DNA of 64,000 nucleotides from Albugo candida (Eukaryota): positions 434,001 through 498,000 of the forward strand of contig JBDOQK010000006.1 in NCBI GenBank assembly GCA_040437565.1. Direction: 5' to 3'. Positions within the stretch are counted from its first letter, which is position 1. Every line of letters starts with the position of its first letter. Under the pieces are notes generated by a model. That model was not told the DNA's origin, made no database searches, and saw only the letters and a program-made list of their open reading frames with translations. Positions 1 through 12,266 of this stretch are shown piece after piece. A program made the position numbers and the translations under genes.

Positions 1-516
1 TTCAGAGTGCTGTTTCTCGAATAAACTGTGTCGTTTGATGTACGGCGTTCTCCTCATTGAAGGGAGCTTATCACTATCGATACTGACATTTGTCAGAGTC
101 TCTTGAACGGAGGTTTTGTACTCTTTCAGCTCACAGGTTTTGAGCGTGGGATGAAGTGTTTCCTGTCGTATTGCGTCTATTTCCACGTGCGTTACAGACT
201 CGGTGAACGATATGTGGTGGGTTTCTATTTGAATGGTACTTGTATGTTGCTTCGTATCACTCGTCAGTCGAACGTGATCCTCCTGATCCTCAATGATAGT
301 TTTTGGTTGATCCTCAATGGTAGTTTTCGGAATTAACATTTGGTTAAATAACGGACTCCAAATTTGCAATGATGAATGTATTTTACGCATTATTTGATGC
401 TGTTTCCGAACTTTAGTGAGTATACGAGTGGCGCATCGATGGGAGGCGCAAATGTTCTCATCAATCTCTTGTAAGAGAAATGTGATGCGCTGCTGGATTG
501 CGTCGTCATCCGTCAT
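1..516 (-). CDS. ASK1: DASH/Dam1 complex subunit Ask1-like protein (3' end runs off the window)
   Basis: Not in the ORF track because it runs off the edge. ATG at 516 reads MTDDDAIQQRITFLLQEIDENICASHRCATRILTKVRKQHQIMRKIHSSLQIWSPLFNQ, matching the Ask1 N-terminal pattern (EQxITLxLQEIDxNF..aH..it..ilp.v......W..FF). The frame stays open to base 1 and includes a 24-nt tandem PKT[TI]IEDQ. Confidence 0.7.
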   Translation of the reverse strand, partial: MTDDDAIQQRITFLLQEIDENICASHRCATRILTKVRKQHQIMRKIHSSLQIWSPLFNQMLIPKTTIEDQPKTIIEDQEDHVRLTSDTKQHTSTIQIETHHISFTESVTHVEIDAIRQETLHPTLKTCELKEYKTSVQETLTNVSIDSDKLPSMRRTPYIKRHSLFEKQHSE

Positions 517-660
517 GGTTGGTATGAACTGTTATATAACATTATATCGACTGGGTGTCCACAACGTGTTGTAATATTTCACAATTCTATCATGCAATAT
601 TGCGTTCGAAAGAGAAACTCTCAAGATCTTTTGATCATTCACGACTCAAAGTACAAGTTT

Positions 661-2040
661 ATGGAGAATTATGTGAGTGAAGAAACTATACGTCGTTTCT
701 TACTTCGAGTCGGCTTTCGAGAATATACCGATCAAGTGGTAGCGTTAGTTCGGTCGTCCTTGCTTGCGTTTTTGAAAAAAGTAACACGGACCATACTCAT
801 ACTTTCTAACCATTATAAATGTACAAGCATCCGATTGGTCGAAGTATTACAAGCATTAGACTTTCATCAAATCCGTCTTTATGGATTTGATGATGTTTGT
901 GTTATTGATTGGCCACGAGGAAAGGAAACGATGCATATTACCGAGTTGGTCGAGCTAAAGACAATGCTCACGACACAATGCTGTGAGCCTGAAACGGAAT
1001 TGGGACCGGGAAGTTTTTATAACCGACCAGAATTTGTTAGTAATCTAAAAAGCTGGCCAGAGGATGAGGATGAGGATGAAGACGATGAAGAAAGTGAATG
1101 GTCGTGGACAAATAATACCTCCAGTGAGGACTCTGAAGATAGTGACGCGGAAATTGAGTCAGCTGATTCGGAAACAAGCCCTACTACTGACGGAATCACA
1201 CGGTGTAAGGATCAGAAGGAACGTTTGATGCAATCAATTGAAGCTGCTCAAATGAGATGCGACCAGGAATTGATATTACAGGCATCCGAAAGCTCTGTGG
1301 ATTATGAAGACACACCAATTGGACAGGGATACTTTTCCGATTACGACGATCAAAAACGTTCACAAAATTTAAGTGATTTCGAGGCTCATTTTGTAGAAGA
1401 AAGTTCCGGGTGGAAAATATCTGAAAACTCGAAAAAAATGGAAGACGAGTATGCCGAACGAATACTCAAATCGGAGAACGATCGCGTTGATGGAAATCAG
1501 TACCTGATGTCTCGTCAATGTTTCGCCGATCTGTTCAAAATGATATTGTGTCAGCACCGAACCGTTTCGTCAGCTGCACTTAGTGCCTTACACAACGCTA
1601 CCGAAGGCTACCTGCATCGCTGTCTGACAGAAGGACATTTGGGTGAGGAAATTAAATCCATTCTGCTCACAGATCAAGCCAAACATACAAGAAACATTGC
1701 GTCCATCCTACAGAATCAATTGGATGAAAAGAATGCCAAGGTAACTGAGCAAGAAGTCGTGATTGCGGAAATGAAATGTAAGCAAGAGGAATTACAAAAT
1801 CATATCTTACAGCTACAAAAATTGTTGTATGGGAAAGATGGTGGCAAAGAGAACGATAACCCCAACGCCGACTGCCGTTTCGATGGATCTAGTCTCGGTA
1901 AAACTCCTCCGTTACTTTCTTACAGACAAATACTAATACGTGGTGCGTTATGAACAGGGAAACGAAAGAAGACTTTTGATCTGAAAAATACAAACGAAAT
2001 GTTTCCGGAAAGTAAAAAAATACGGTTGGGCACGCTATAG
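661..2040 (+). CDS. Double histone-fold protein: H4-like fold, acidic linker, H3-like fold, coiled coil, bipartite NLS
   Basis: ORF 592-1953; ATG 661 is favoured because an Inr-like TCATTC lies at 635-640. Nt 670-888 align without gaps to histone H4, ending in LYGF; nt ~1447-1698 resemble H3. A predicted intron at 1898-1957 (GTAAAA...TACTAAT...CAG) adds GKRKKTFDLKNTNEMFPESKKIRLGTL* ending at 2040. Confidence 0.75.
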
Positions 2041-2668
2041 ACATGAGAAACTGAATGACACTCGACATGCGACATCATAAGGCTGGCTGTTGCGTGCTAT
2101 GCGCCAACAAACCGAACCATCAAACAGCACCACTTATTACTCGTTTTTTAGGTTGACAAGAATCAGTGTCATTTTTTACGAAAGTTGAACGTTGTATTGG
2201 AATACGACGTATGATTGCTAGCTCAAGTAGTATGAGATACTTGTAGCAACTTTGGAGCCTCTGCTCTATAGTTCTTTATTATAATTTAGTTGACCTTCCG
2301 CGCTTATTGTGCGAGATAAACCTATGGGTAGAATTATCACCAATAGTATAGTTAAATCCTCTTTATAAGCCAAGGAGTAAGAATGATTGCTCGTAATATG
2401 TGCGAATACTATTGAAAAAAATCGATTTTTATGAAATGTCACAGGTTGCAGTTGGTTGGGCACAATTATTTAATTACACATTTGTATTAACCGTCGACAT
2501 ATTCGTTCTTCGTGCACCATTTACAAAATTGTCGTAAGAAATCACAGCGATTCTAATTCACAATAAATAAGCGCATAGCAAATTGAATGCCACATGTTCA
2601 CCCCATTTCAGATATAATTGACGTACTAGTGGATACTATCGACGATTTGAAAGACACTACAAATTCAC

Positions 2669-5044
2669 ATGGTAATTCATGCCTCACATTATGTATACGT
2701 ACCTAACAAACAATGTTTAGAGTCTGAAGGCACACAATTCAAGGAACCACCACCCTATCAAAAGACTTTTAATTTCGCCAATCATACACAAGCCAACCCG
2801 CCAATATCCGCCAATCCCCCATCGTTATTGCCGACCATGCAAAAGCCTTCCGAGCAATTAACTGCCAAATTCTCTACAGCCCAAAATAGCAACAATTTTG
2901 AGCGCTCCAGGTACCTTGGTGTGATCCAGCTCAATCATACTCAATGGGAAGTGAGTAGCGGAACTCAAAGCCTCCTCAATGGCTTCAAAACAGAGGAAGA
3001 AGCAGCACATGCTTATGACGCATACTTGAGAGAGTTTGAACCGTTCAGATACGAAAGAGACGCCAACTTCTGCCCGGAATGCGGCCATTTCGTCAATCCT
3101 TTGAAATACTCGCAATATGTGAACGAATGCATATGTCAGAGTTTAAAGCCCGATGAGAATATCCAATTGGGCGACTTGCAGAATGATCCTACCGAGCCAA
3201 AAGAACAATTGACTTCACATACGAGTTTGGAGTCAATCTCTTCCTCTGTTTTTGACTGTTTAGATGATGAAGGCCTCATACAGGAAGGCCTCAAAGATAT
3301 ACAGCCTCGGGTCTCAATCGAAGAAAGCAGCATCAAAACAACACAAGTCTCACCAGATCTTCTTGAACAAAACTCTTCAAGTCCGTCTTTCTCTAACGTG
3401 ACACTGGAACCGAAGAGGAAAATGCATCCAGCGACAGATAAACCAGGCCTTTGCAAGCAACACAGTCTTGATTTCGACACCAGCATGCTATTTGACTTGG
3501 CTGAACCCAAAGTCGAACGCGGTCTCAACAAGCTTCACAGTTTGGATTACAATATCGATGCAATGAGCGATGTATCTCGGCATTCCGACACTTTCAATAC
3601 GTTAGCTGCTTGGAATCCGACTTTGCGCATCGATACTATTGCTGAAGTGCGTTCTCCAGAGAAAGAAAACTGGCAAGTCTCAACAGGAAGCACACAACCA
3701 GCGACACCAAAGGCTTATATCAAAATACAAACAAAGTTTCTACACAAATACTGGCGAAATGATCGTAAAAACATTCAATGCTTTCCGTATTGCCCCGAAC
3801 ATGGAGATTATTATCGCGTTCGTATCGAGAATCTTCAGCACAGCGGAAAAGGAGTGTGTCGAGCCCCTGTCAAAGCACACATTCACATCCCATTCCAAGC
3901 GAAAACGATCCAAGAAAATGCGTTTCTCATTTTGGCTCGATGCAACAACAATCACTCACCCTCCGCTTCCTACGGCTACCGCCAAGTCTTATCGCACGCA
4001 GAAATGAAGGTTTTGGAAGCAGCAAGCGCAATTGGGATTGTTCATTCGTACACACAAACTCACGATTTCATTTCATTTGATGTGGAATTCCTACCGGATG
4101 TCTGGAAATTCGACTTTGAATTGCCAAAGAAACGTCGACACAACAATGAGAGTATCCACTTACCGGTTGAAAAGGACGACACCCAAGCGAAAATGAACGG
4201 AGAATTCGTCTACTACTTTGAGATTGACGTTTATATTGTAGATCAAGAGACTCTCACCTTTCAGCGTTTGGGTCGTGTGGAGTCTGGATTGTTTGAGATT
4301 GCAAGTACGCGGACGTTAGTACGACAACGAAATCGTTTGATGGAAGAGCAGAGATCACCGACATCAGCTATAGCGTCAAGATTTTTGGACGATGAAATCG
4401 TAGAGCAGACGGTCATTCCGAAGAAAAAGGTTAGGATCCATTTGGCACAATTGGCTCGATCGAGCACACTTCAGAGTGATACCGACACAGACACGACATT
4501 GGCTGCTCCGATCGCGTCCCAGATCGAGCCGTTTCCTGCATCAAAGCAGTTGGAAATCATTCCTCACGTGAGTCATTTCGGATTATCGGCTTTTGTTGGC
4601 ACAATTATGGCATTTGGAATCGTTCATTTCGTCGTAAGTCTTCCTCTATTGCTACTTGCTTTTGTCCTTCCATGCACCTCAACTTTTGTCGGCGTGACAA
4701 CCGATAAAATGGCTCAAATGGATCTCTACGCAGCCAACAAAGTGCATGTGGCTGACGATGCTCCTCACAAAGTACATCGATTGATTTCGATTTGGGGAAC
4801 GCAGGAGCCAAATGGAGCTTTATGGCGTCGTTTTGGGTATCTTCTCGCGGGAAAAACGACATTTGGCGTCATTGGTGGACTTTTATTTTTCATTCTATCG
4901 ACGCTTTCCGTGCTTTCATATCCATTCCAATCCATTTCTACAGCATTGAGAAGTCGTGCAATCGATTGTGCGCTTTGGATTCGGCGTTGTGTATGGACAT
5001 TCACAGACACAGAATCGATGGAATTGAAAGCCCGTGCTTCCTGA
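2669..5044 (+). CDS. AP2-like DNA-binding domain protein with a central conserved domain and C-terminal transmembrane segments
   Basis: 791-aa ORF. SRYLGV...W...GFKTEEEAAHAYD is AP2/ERF-like, followed by CPECGH..CIC; central KYWRNDRKNIQCFPYCPEHGDYY block; NLS-like PKKRR and PKKKVR; two long hydrophobic stretches near the C terminus. Confidence 0.7.
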   Translation: MVIHASHYVYVPNKQCLESEGTQFKEPPPYQKTFNFANHTQANPPISANPPSLLPTMQKPSEQLTAKFSTAQNSNNFERSRYLGVIQLNHTQWEVSSGTQSLLNGFKTEEEAAHAYDAYLREFEPFRYERDANFCPECGHFVNPLKYSQYVNECICQSLKPDENIQLGDLQNDPTEPKEQLTSHTSLESISSSVFDCLDDEGLIQEGLKDIQPRVSIEESSIKTTQVSPDLLEQNSSSPSFSNVTLEPKRKMHPATDKPGLCKQHSLDFDTSMLFDLAEPKVERGLNKLHSLDYNIDAMSDVSRHSDTFNTLAAWNPTLRIDTIAEVRSPEKENWQVSTGSTQPATPKAYIKIQTKFLHKYWRNDRKNIQCFPYCPEHGDYYRVRIENLQHSGKGVCRAPVKAHIHIPFQAKTIQENAFLILARCNNNHSPSASYGYRQVLSHAEMKVLEAASAIGIVHSYTQTHDFISFDVEFLPDVWKFDFELPKKRRHNNESIHLPVEKDDTQAKMNGEFVYYFEIDVYIVDQETLTFQRLGRVESGLFEIASTRTLVRQRNRLMEEQRSPTSAIASRFLDDEIVEQTVIPKKKVRIHLAQLARSSTLQSDTDTDTTLAAPIASQIEPFPASKQLEIIPHVSHFGLSAFVGTIMAFGIVHFVVSLPLLLLAFVLPCTSTFVGVTTDKMAQMDLYAANKVHVADDAPHKVHRLISIWGTQEPNGALWRRFGYLLAGKTTFGVIGGLLFFILSTLSVLSYPFQSISTALRSRAIDCALWIRRCVWTFTDTESMELKARAS

Positions 5045-5109
5045 AGGATTGTTGCGAATGTGAAAATACGAAATGCGATTGAATTCTCTATCTACATGCA
5101 CTTGACACC

Positions 5110-6743
5110 TCACGATCGGAATTCCTCGCCGCCCGTCATCTCTGTGAATTTACTTGCAAAATCAAAGTCTTCCGTCTTGCTCTTGCTATCTTCATCGTCA
5201 TCAAAGATCCATGTGGTTCCTGGAACGTATTTCGCGTCTTCCGAGTCATTCACTCCCACCGGAAGCTTTGTGCCTTTTGCATACAGCGGTCCAGTCCCCG
5301 GCATTGCGTCCGCTATCATGGTCGTCTCGCCGATATCTTCGACTCGATGGAGCAAATTCTTTGCCAAAATGCTACCCGTTCCAGCTTTCTTGAAGAAGGA
5401 ATGCTTTAGGAGCGCCGATGTCGCCGGTCTGAAAGTCAAATTCAATACAAAAAGCAAGATAAAAATCGATGAAAGAAACCTTTTCGTGGGATCTTTTTGT
5501 AAGCAAATTTTGACGACGTCTTTGAAATGGCGCGTAAACTCGTATCCAGTTCCATCGTCCTATCCAGCGTCACCTTTCGGCATCGATCGCAATGGACGAG
5601 CACAGGGGCACTTACATCATATGTTCGAAGTGAAGGCGGGTCTTCCTGCAGTGTCAGTAATAAGACCTACAGAAAAAACTTGAGCGATTGTCTTGGCTTT
5701 GTAAAGGGTACCTTCATCGGCTGGAAACGCGCGTACGGAGCGTATCCTTTAGCGAGTTCCAAAGCGGTGATTCCAAATGACCAAATATCGGCTTTGTAGT
5801 CGTATCCTCGAACTTGCTCCATGACTTCAGGTGCCATCCAACACGGAGTCCCAACAAATGTCTGTACAACAGTTTAGAAGATGTATTTTCGTGAAAGAGA
5901 GCTATTTGGACCTGACGATTCTTCCGTCGATCTCCACCCTCCATCATCCATCCAGAAACGCCGAAATCCGCGATCACAACGTGCCCTTCACTGTCGAGCA
6001 AAATGTTTCCGGCCTTAATATCTCTAAAGCGAATTTTGTTGAGAAAACGCGAAAAGAGACGTAACCATATGAATGTACCGATGGATTTGGCCATTTTCAT
6101 GGAAATACTGCAACCCTTTCAGAGTTTCATGCAGAATCACCGCCAAAAACTCTTCTTTGAGACCTTCGCCGAGGCCTTTTTTCTTTAAGACATTCATTAC
6201 GTGCAAGCATGACCCTGATGNNNNNNNNNNNNNNNNNNNNNNNNNNNNNNNNNNNNNNNNNNNNNNNNNNNNNNNNNNNNNNNNNNNNNNNNNNNNNNNN
6301 NNNNNNNNNNNNNNNNNNNNCCATAGTTGATCTCTATGCACAAAACTGTGTGGACCTGTTAGATTCAATGCAATTCATTCAATTCTTGATGGATTGGAAC
6401 CTGCAGTAACATTTCAACACATTTGGATGATTGGTCATTTTCATCGTTTGTACTTCGGCCTAAAGAGAACGCTTTAAGTACGTTCTCGTTTTGGTAAAGA
6501 ATGGTTTTATGTACTCGAATATCTTCGAAGCTTGTCGTGATTTTTTCCAGATCCATTATCTTTAGCGCGACATCGACGTTTTTTTTAATACAGTGCGCCT
6601 TCCATACTTTTGCGAAAGCGCCCTACAGAAACGAGTGGATACTATAAATGGTACACGACGATAGAGAGATGACTGCGCACTTGGCCTATTTGTTCGACAA
6701 GGCGATAGTCTGAGGCATTGGTTGGCCACTCATCTGACATCAT
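5110..6743 (-). CDS. STE20-family Ser/Thr kinase, OSR1/SPAK (Fray)-like, multi-exon, spans an N gap
   Basis: Spliced pieces: [105 protein letters not shown]. Confidence 0.88.
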
Positions 6744-7255
6744 TTTGATATGTGCTAGTGTCAGGCGCTAATTTGTAGCTTCGCGTGCAATTTGAGTTGG
6801 TTTTCCACGCGTTAAATTACAGTCGGTGTCGAGTACCGTACCCGCAACATAAAGACGAGGCCGTAAAATGTCAACGTTATTCTTTTGTGAATGTTGTTGG
6901 AATGTGACATGAATGGATACAGTCGTCTCTCTAAGATTCCCTAATCGCTAGGTCCAATGCGGGGCGGAATTGGCAAGGTGAGACGTCTCTTACAAACTTG
7001 CATATAAGTATGAATAAAATCGTATATAACTAATCATTGGCCAGAAAAGAAAAAACCTAAGAAAGAAAAAAGCCTTTAGGAGGAGGAGGATATCGCCCCG
7101 CCCAGAAAATCATTTTTTTGGGATTTAGCAATAGATAGAAACGGGAGAGGTTGCCTCCCCATTTCATCGTCCCTCCCACCTCGAGAACACCACAATATTT
7201 AAAACTTGAACGCTGTATCGAGCAAAATATGTTTCTGATAAAATAACTGTAACAC

Positions 7256-7716
<461 letters not shown>

Positions 7717-7864
7717 AAATATATCAAATTTGCTTTCTTGTTAGCTATAGTTAAATTACATTGAAGGCAAAAAACTTGCAATTTTTTCTTTTACAAAACC
7801 TATTTGCCTGCTTTTCTCGTTAAAAAACGTCACTTGAAGAAAAAACCTCGCACGTTGTGTCACT

Positions 7865-8519
7865 ATGAACACAAATGTAAAGCGTCTACGTAAGGAATTG
7901 CAAGAATTGCGACGCAATCCAGAGTCCGATATGGTGTTGTATCCTCAAGAGGACACAATCATCAACTGGAAGGCGTTTATCAAAGGACCTCAAGATACTC
8001 CATTCTACGATGCTGTCTTCGAACTTGCGATACAAACGACGTCGCTGTACCCTATGGAACCCCCCAAAATGAAGTTTATAACAAGGATCTTTCATCCCAA
8101 CGTTCATTTTAAGGTTAATTATTGCAAATCATATAAGGCGAATAAGCTATTGAATATTTGTATTAGGATGGTAACATTTGTCTGGATATTTTGAAGAAAG
8201 AGTGGTCGCCGGCTTGGACTCTACGAGTTGAGTTTGAATATTTTTATAAGAAATTGCTGATCTTACATTGCATTTATGTTTGGAAATTATAGGCGGCATG
8301 CTTAGCCGTGACTTCATTATTATCAGACCCGGCAGCGGACTCGCCACTTAACTGTGATGCAGGTGCCCTCTCGTGCATTGTTTAATGCAAATTTAACAGT
8401 TATGGTTTCCGGTTATAGGAAATATGATTCGTGCAAATGATATGATTGCGTACAACTCAATGGCGGAAATGTATGCGAAAGAATTTGGCTTATCGAGACT
8501 TCCAGACACGCCATATTGA
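7865..8519 (+). CDS. PEX4: Ubiquitin-conjugating enzyme E2, peroxin-4-like (3 introns)
   Basis: FHPNVHFK/DGNICLDILKKEWSPAWTL/...DSPLNCDA/GNMIRANDMIAYNSMAEMY resembles plant PEX4 (HPNVHFK, WSPAWTL, DSPLNCD). Confidence 0.85.
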
Positions 8520-9727
8520 GCGCTCAAAAAAAATAACTCAATTTTTTTACACATAGCGTCTGGATAAATTGAATGCTTTTTGTGCTGTATTCAGTCACCT
8601 TAGTCAATTGTCAAAAATTGGAATTATCTGACGATGATCAGCGTTTTGAACAGCTAAGAGCTTTGAGTAGTCATGATGAGTTAAGTTACCAACTATTGCG
8701 GAAATTCACGATGTCAGAGTAGATAGTGACAATAAAAACGTGTTTTATCGCGCTTGCGTACACTTTAATTCGAAATATTGAGTCAACGTTTTCATGAGTG
8801 TTTTTTTTTAACCGAGTTTTTGTACGTGTGACATACCGGTGACGAATTTCGTTATCATGACCTTTCAGGAGAAAAATTCAGCCAATAAGCTGATGGAGCA
8901 CGCTCCTTTTTGGAACGTTCACGCATGCAATGTGCAACTCAACCAAAAAGATTATAGTACTATACGCTAACGGTACATTTATGATAGTTGTAAAGCTACT
9001 GCACCGACATCAAGTATACTTGTAGATGCAAACGCACATTACTTATTTGTATACCAGCTGGAAACCGGAACTCCGTAAATCAATGTTGGCTGGTATTATC
9101 TTGGTAAACCTTAATCCCTCTGATCGTCGACTATTTCGCAACCGTAATGAATACTTTATCCATGTATTAATCACTTTGAAAATTGTTATAGCACATAAAT
9201 TGATACTTTCTCTCTGCCACACGAATGCGTGGAGCACAAACAGTNNNNNNNNNNNNNNNNNNNNNNNNNNNNNNNNNNNNNNNNNNNNNNNNNNNNNNNN
9301 NNNNNNNNNNNNNNNNNNNNNNNNNNNNNNNNNNNNNNNNNNNNAAAATTGTTATAGCACATAAATTGATACTTTCTCTCTGCCACACGAATGCGTGGAG
9401 CACAAACAGTCAATAGTTTGACTTGTGTGTAAATCTGTCTCCCTTTCTGACAACGTAAGCAGAAGGGACATACTGTTTGGTGCCTTGGCTCCACTTTGAT
9501 AAAATACCAAATGCGTCCGCCTTGCAAAAACTTCTTCTAGTATACACCATTTATTGATATCAAGTCAAATTATACAAGTTACGGAAGAAGCTCAACGATT
9601 AGGCAACATTACAGTTTGGAATTTATTTGTTCAGCATTAGAAACGCCATTACTAAGCATTCAACATAGTCAGCAAATAATATTGCAAACCACATTATACC
9701 TATAGCATTCTGAACGGCTCCGCTGTC

Positions 9728-12031
9728 ATGGACCACGGCACGAGCCCCGATGAAAAGTTGAAGTTAGATGATGATGCGGAGGATATAGTTACCGAGCAAG
9801 CAATCGTCAATGAGGACACCGACACTGTAAAAAACCACAAGCAAGAGGTTTCCACCACACTGCAACCTGTTATTTCCAATGTTGTACAAATATTGCACGA
9901 AAGTATGCAGCGGTCGTGGGGAAATGTACGTACGAGTACCTGTGTTTTGTTTACAAGTACATCCTGAACAAAACGTGTAGGCACTCTGTCAAATCACTCA
10001 CAAATACGAGTGCCCGTTATCTGAGGTATACTGCAAGCTATTTTTACCTTACAAAGTTATGTGATGAATGTCTTGTAGTATGAAAGCGTCCTCACAGAGC
10101 AAACTAACTGGACTCCATTGGATTCCAATAAGAAGGCTCAATCCCTCATCCAGGAGTTGCACGAGACTAAAAATCGTGTAAAGGAAACCCAGAAGAACTT
10201 ACATACTTTACAATCGGAACACAATTTCCTGACTGAGAAACTAAATGTCTATCGCCTCGTAACCACTGAATTTCGACGTGAATTACTTAGTGAGCGTCTC
10301 GCACATATCGATTCTGTTAAAGAAACCGATGAACTGCGTGCTATGTTGAATGGAACCGGTACGGACATTTTGGTCAATAAACACGAAGACGTTAATGACC
10401 CCTGGCACAAGACTTCGGGGCAAATAGATGACCGAAATCATGAGCATGGATCTAACGTGTCGTTGTTCACTTCTTTCTATTCCACCTCTGCTGAAAACAA
10501 TGAACAAGAGTTTGGAGATGAAGAAAATATGTCCTGTACGCTGAGTGCACAACGGTCGTTACAAAGTACACTCATGGACCAATTTCTTCCCTCAACATTA
10601 CTGGATTCTCCTCAAGCAGCTACACAGTCGAAAAAATTTCAGTACGTTGATGAGGAAATAAAAGAGGTTGAAGAGGATTCATCTCGCATCTTGAATTGTA
10701 AAGGTTGTAGCAACATGTACTTTACGACGGATACAAAATGTCACGAGTGTGGTAAAGATGTTGCACCAAGCACTGAGGAAATTCCTCATGAATCGGAAAC
10801 CGAAACTCAAGAGAATGAACAAGAAACGAGTATCTCTACGACCATTTCCTCAATTTTGACAGAAATATTTGACTTTATGCCGATGCAAGACGTGGAAAAG
10901 GTTTTACAGCAAGCAGAGGGGGAAACCTCTTTGGCGGTAAACTACATCCTCCGAAACCATCCTAGTTTGAATCCATCGATTTCTACTGACCCAAATACTC
11001 AAAGACCAAATCTAGCTCGTTGCTTGAGTGGAAATCCCCTCACAAGTGCATCGAACAATTGGAAAACAGAACTCTGTGTATATTACTTACAAGGAAAATG
11101 CAATAAAACACGGCGAACGTGTTCTTTTGCACACGGCGAGGAGGATTTGATGCGATTGAACCGAGGCAAACTCCTCACGAATCCAGCATACAAAGCGCGA
11201 TTGTGTCCGCTCTTTATTGAAGGAAACTGTCCGAAATCAAGAAGAGACTGCCAATTAGCGCATGGAGAAGCCGACTTGAGGGAAGGTTTGCTATTGCTGA
11301 CGGCACCTTCGAGTTTGGTGAATGCAGCACCGCGACAACAAAACTACAAAACAGAGTTATGTTTGTTCTATCTTCGCGGAAACTGCAATTATGCGAAGCA
11401 AGAATGTCGATTCGCACATGGCGAAGCCGATATAAGAACAGTTCAAGATAACACACTCGAATTAATACAACGAAATGCGTCCTATCCGACGTCAGCAGTT
11501 CCTGGGAAAGCATCCGAAAAGAGCGCTGAGACATCGTCATACAATCTCCGTGGCTTGGATCGCGCCGCTATCCAGGCTCAGCATCGATACCAGCAACAGT
11601 ACCAAGAGCAGTACCAGCAATCAAGGCGCTTGCCCCCACAAACAGTCGAAGGAGGAAGGAATGTTTACCTCACATCACAGAGCTTTACAGCACCTCAATC
11701 GACAATGAATACTTCGGCACTCGTTCCACCCTCATTCCCTCATCATCCGCAGTTTCAAGTTCCTATGGAAAGTATGCACGGATTCCCAATACAATACACA
11801 TCCCAGCAATCCAACACACCAAATCGATTTATGCAGCAAGGTGGGATTTATCAGCATCATGAAGTACCACTTCACCCAACACAACAGTTCCAGCAGCAAT
11901 TATCACTTCCCAACTCACAAGTTTCTGGTCAGTCACGAGATCCCCGAACACCTCAAAACCCGCGATACAGTGCACTCAATCCGGCATTCCGTCGTTCCAC
12001 AAATCACGATCAGGGATCTTGGTCGACCTGA
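9728..12031 (+). CDS. Triple CCCH zinc-finger protein with coiled coil, CxxC-CxxC ribbon, CUE-like domain and Q/P-rich tail
   Basis: Three (W/Y)K(T/A)xLC-x7-C-x7-C-x3-HG fingers; CUE-like ILTEIFDFMPMQDVEKVLQQAEGETSLAVNYIL; predicted 5' exons 9728-9925 and ~9981-10025 splice into the 637-aa ORF frame. Confidence 0.85.
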
Positions 12032-12266
12032 AGCTATTAGGCTTTGCGTAAAATTAGTTTTTCTTTTGAAATTTACAGGGCTACCGTCAACTTTTGTGAA
12101 TGAATAGATGAATTGAAAGTAAAGTGGTGTTAGTCATTTTATCTTACGGTATACGGTGATAAGGTCGACGACAGGGAGACGTACATAACAGGTAACTCGT
12201 TGAAGCCGACTTTCGGTACCACCTACATAGGCTTATGCAGTCGAGTTGCTGTGCAGTTCGAAGAGA

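Noticed and set aside
103-336. 77-aa plus-strand ORF
   Set aside because: Antisense shadow of the Ask1-like gene.
5060-5683. 207-aa plus-strand ORF
   Set aside because: Antisense to the kinase's 3' exons, with a non-ATG start.
9026-9527. Short ORFs around the 9245-9344 gap
   Set aside because: Inflated by Ns and a 66-bp gap-flank duplication; no recognisable motif.
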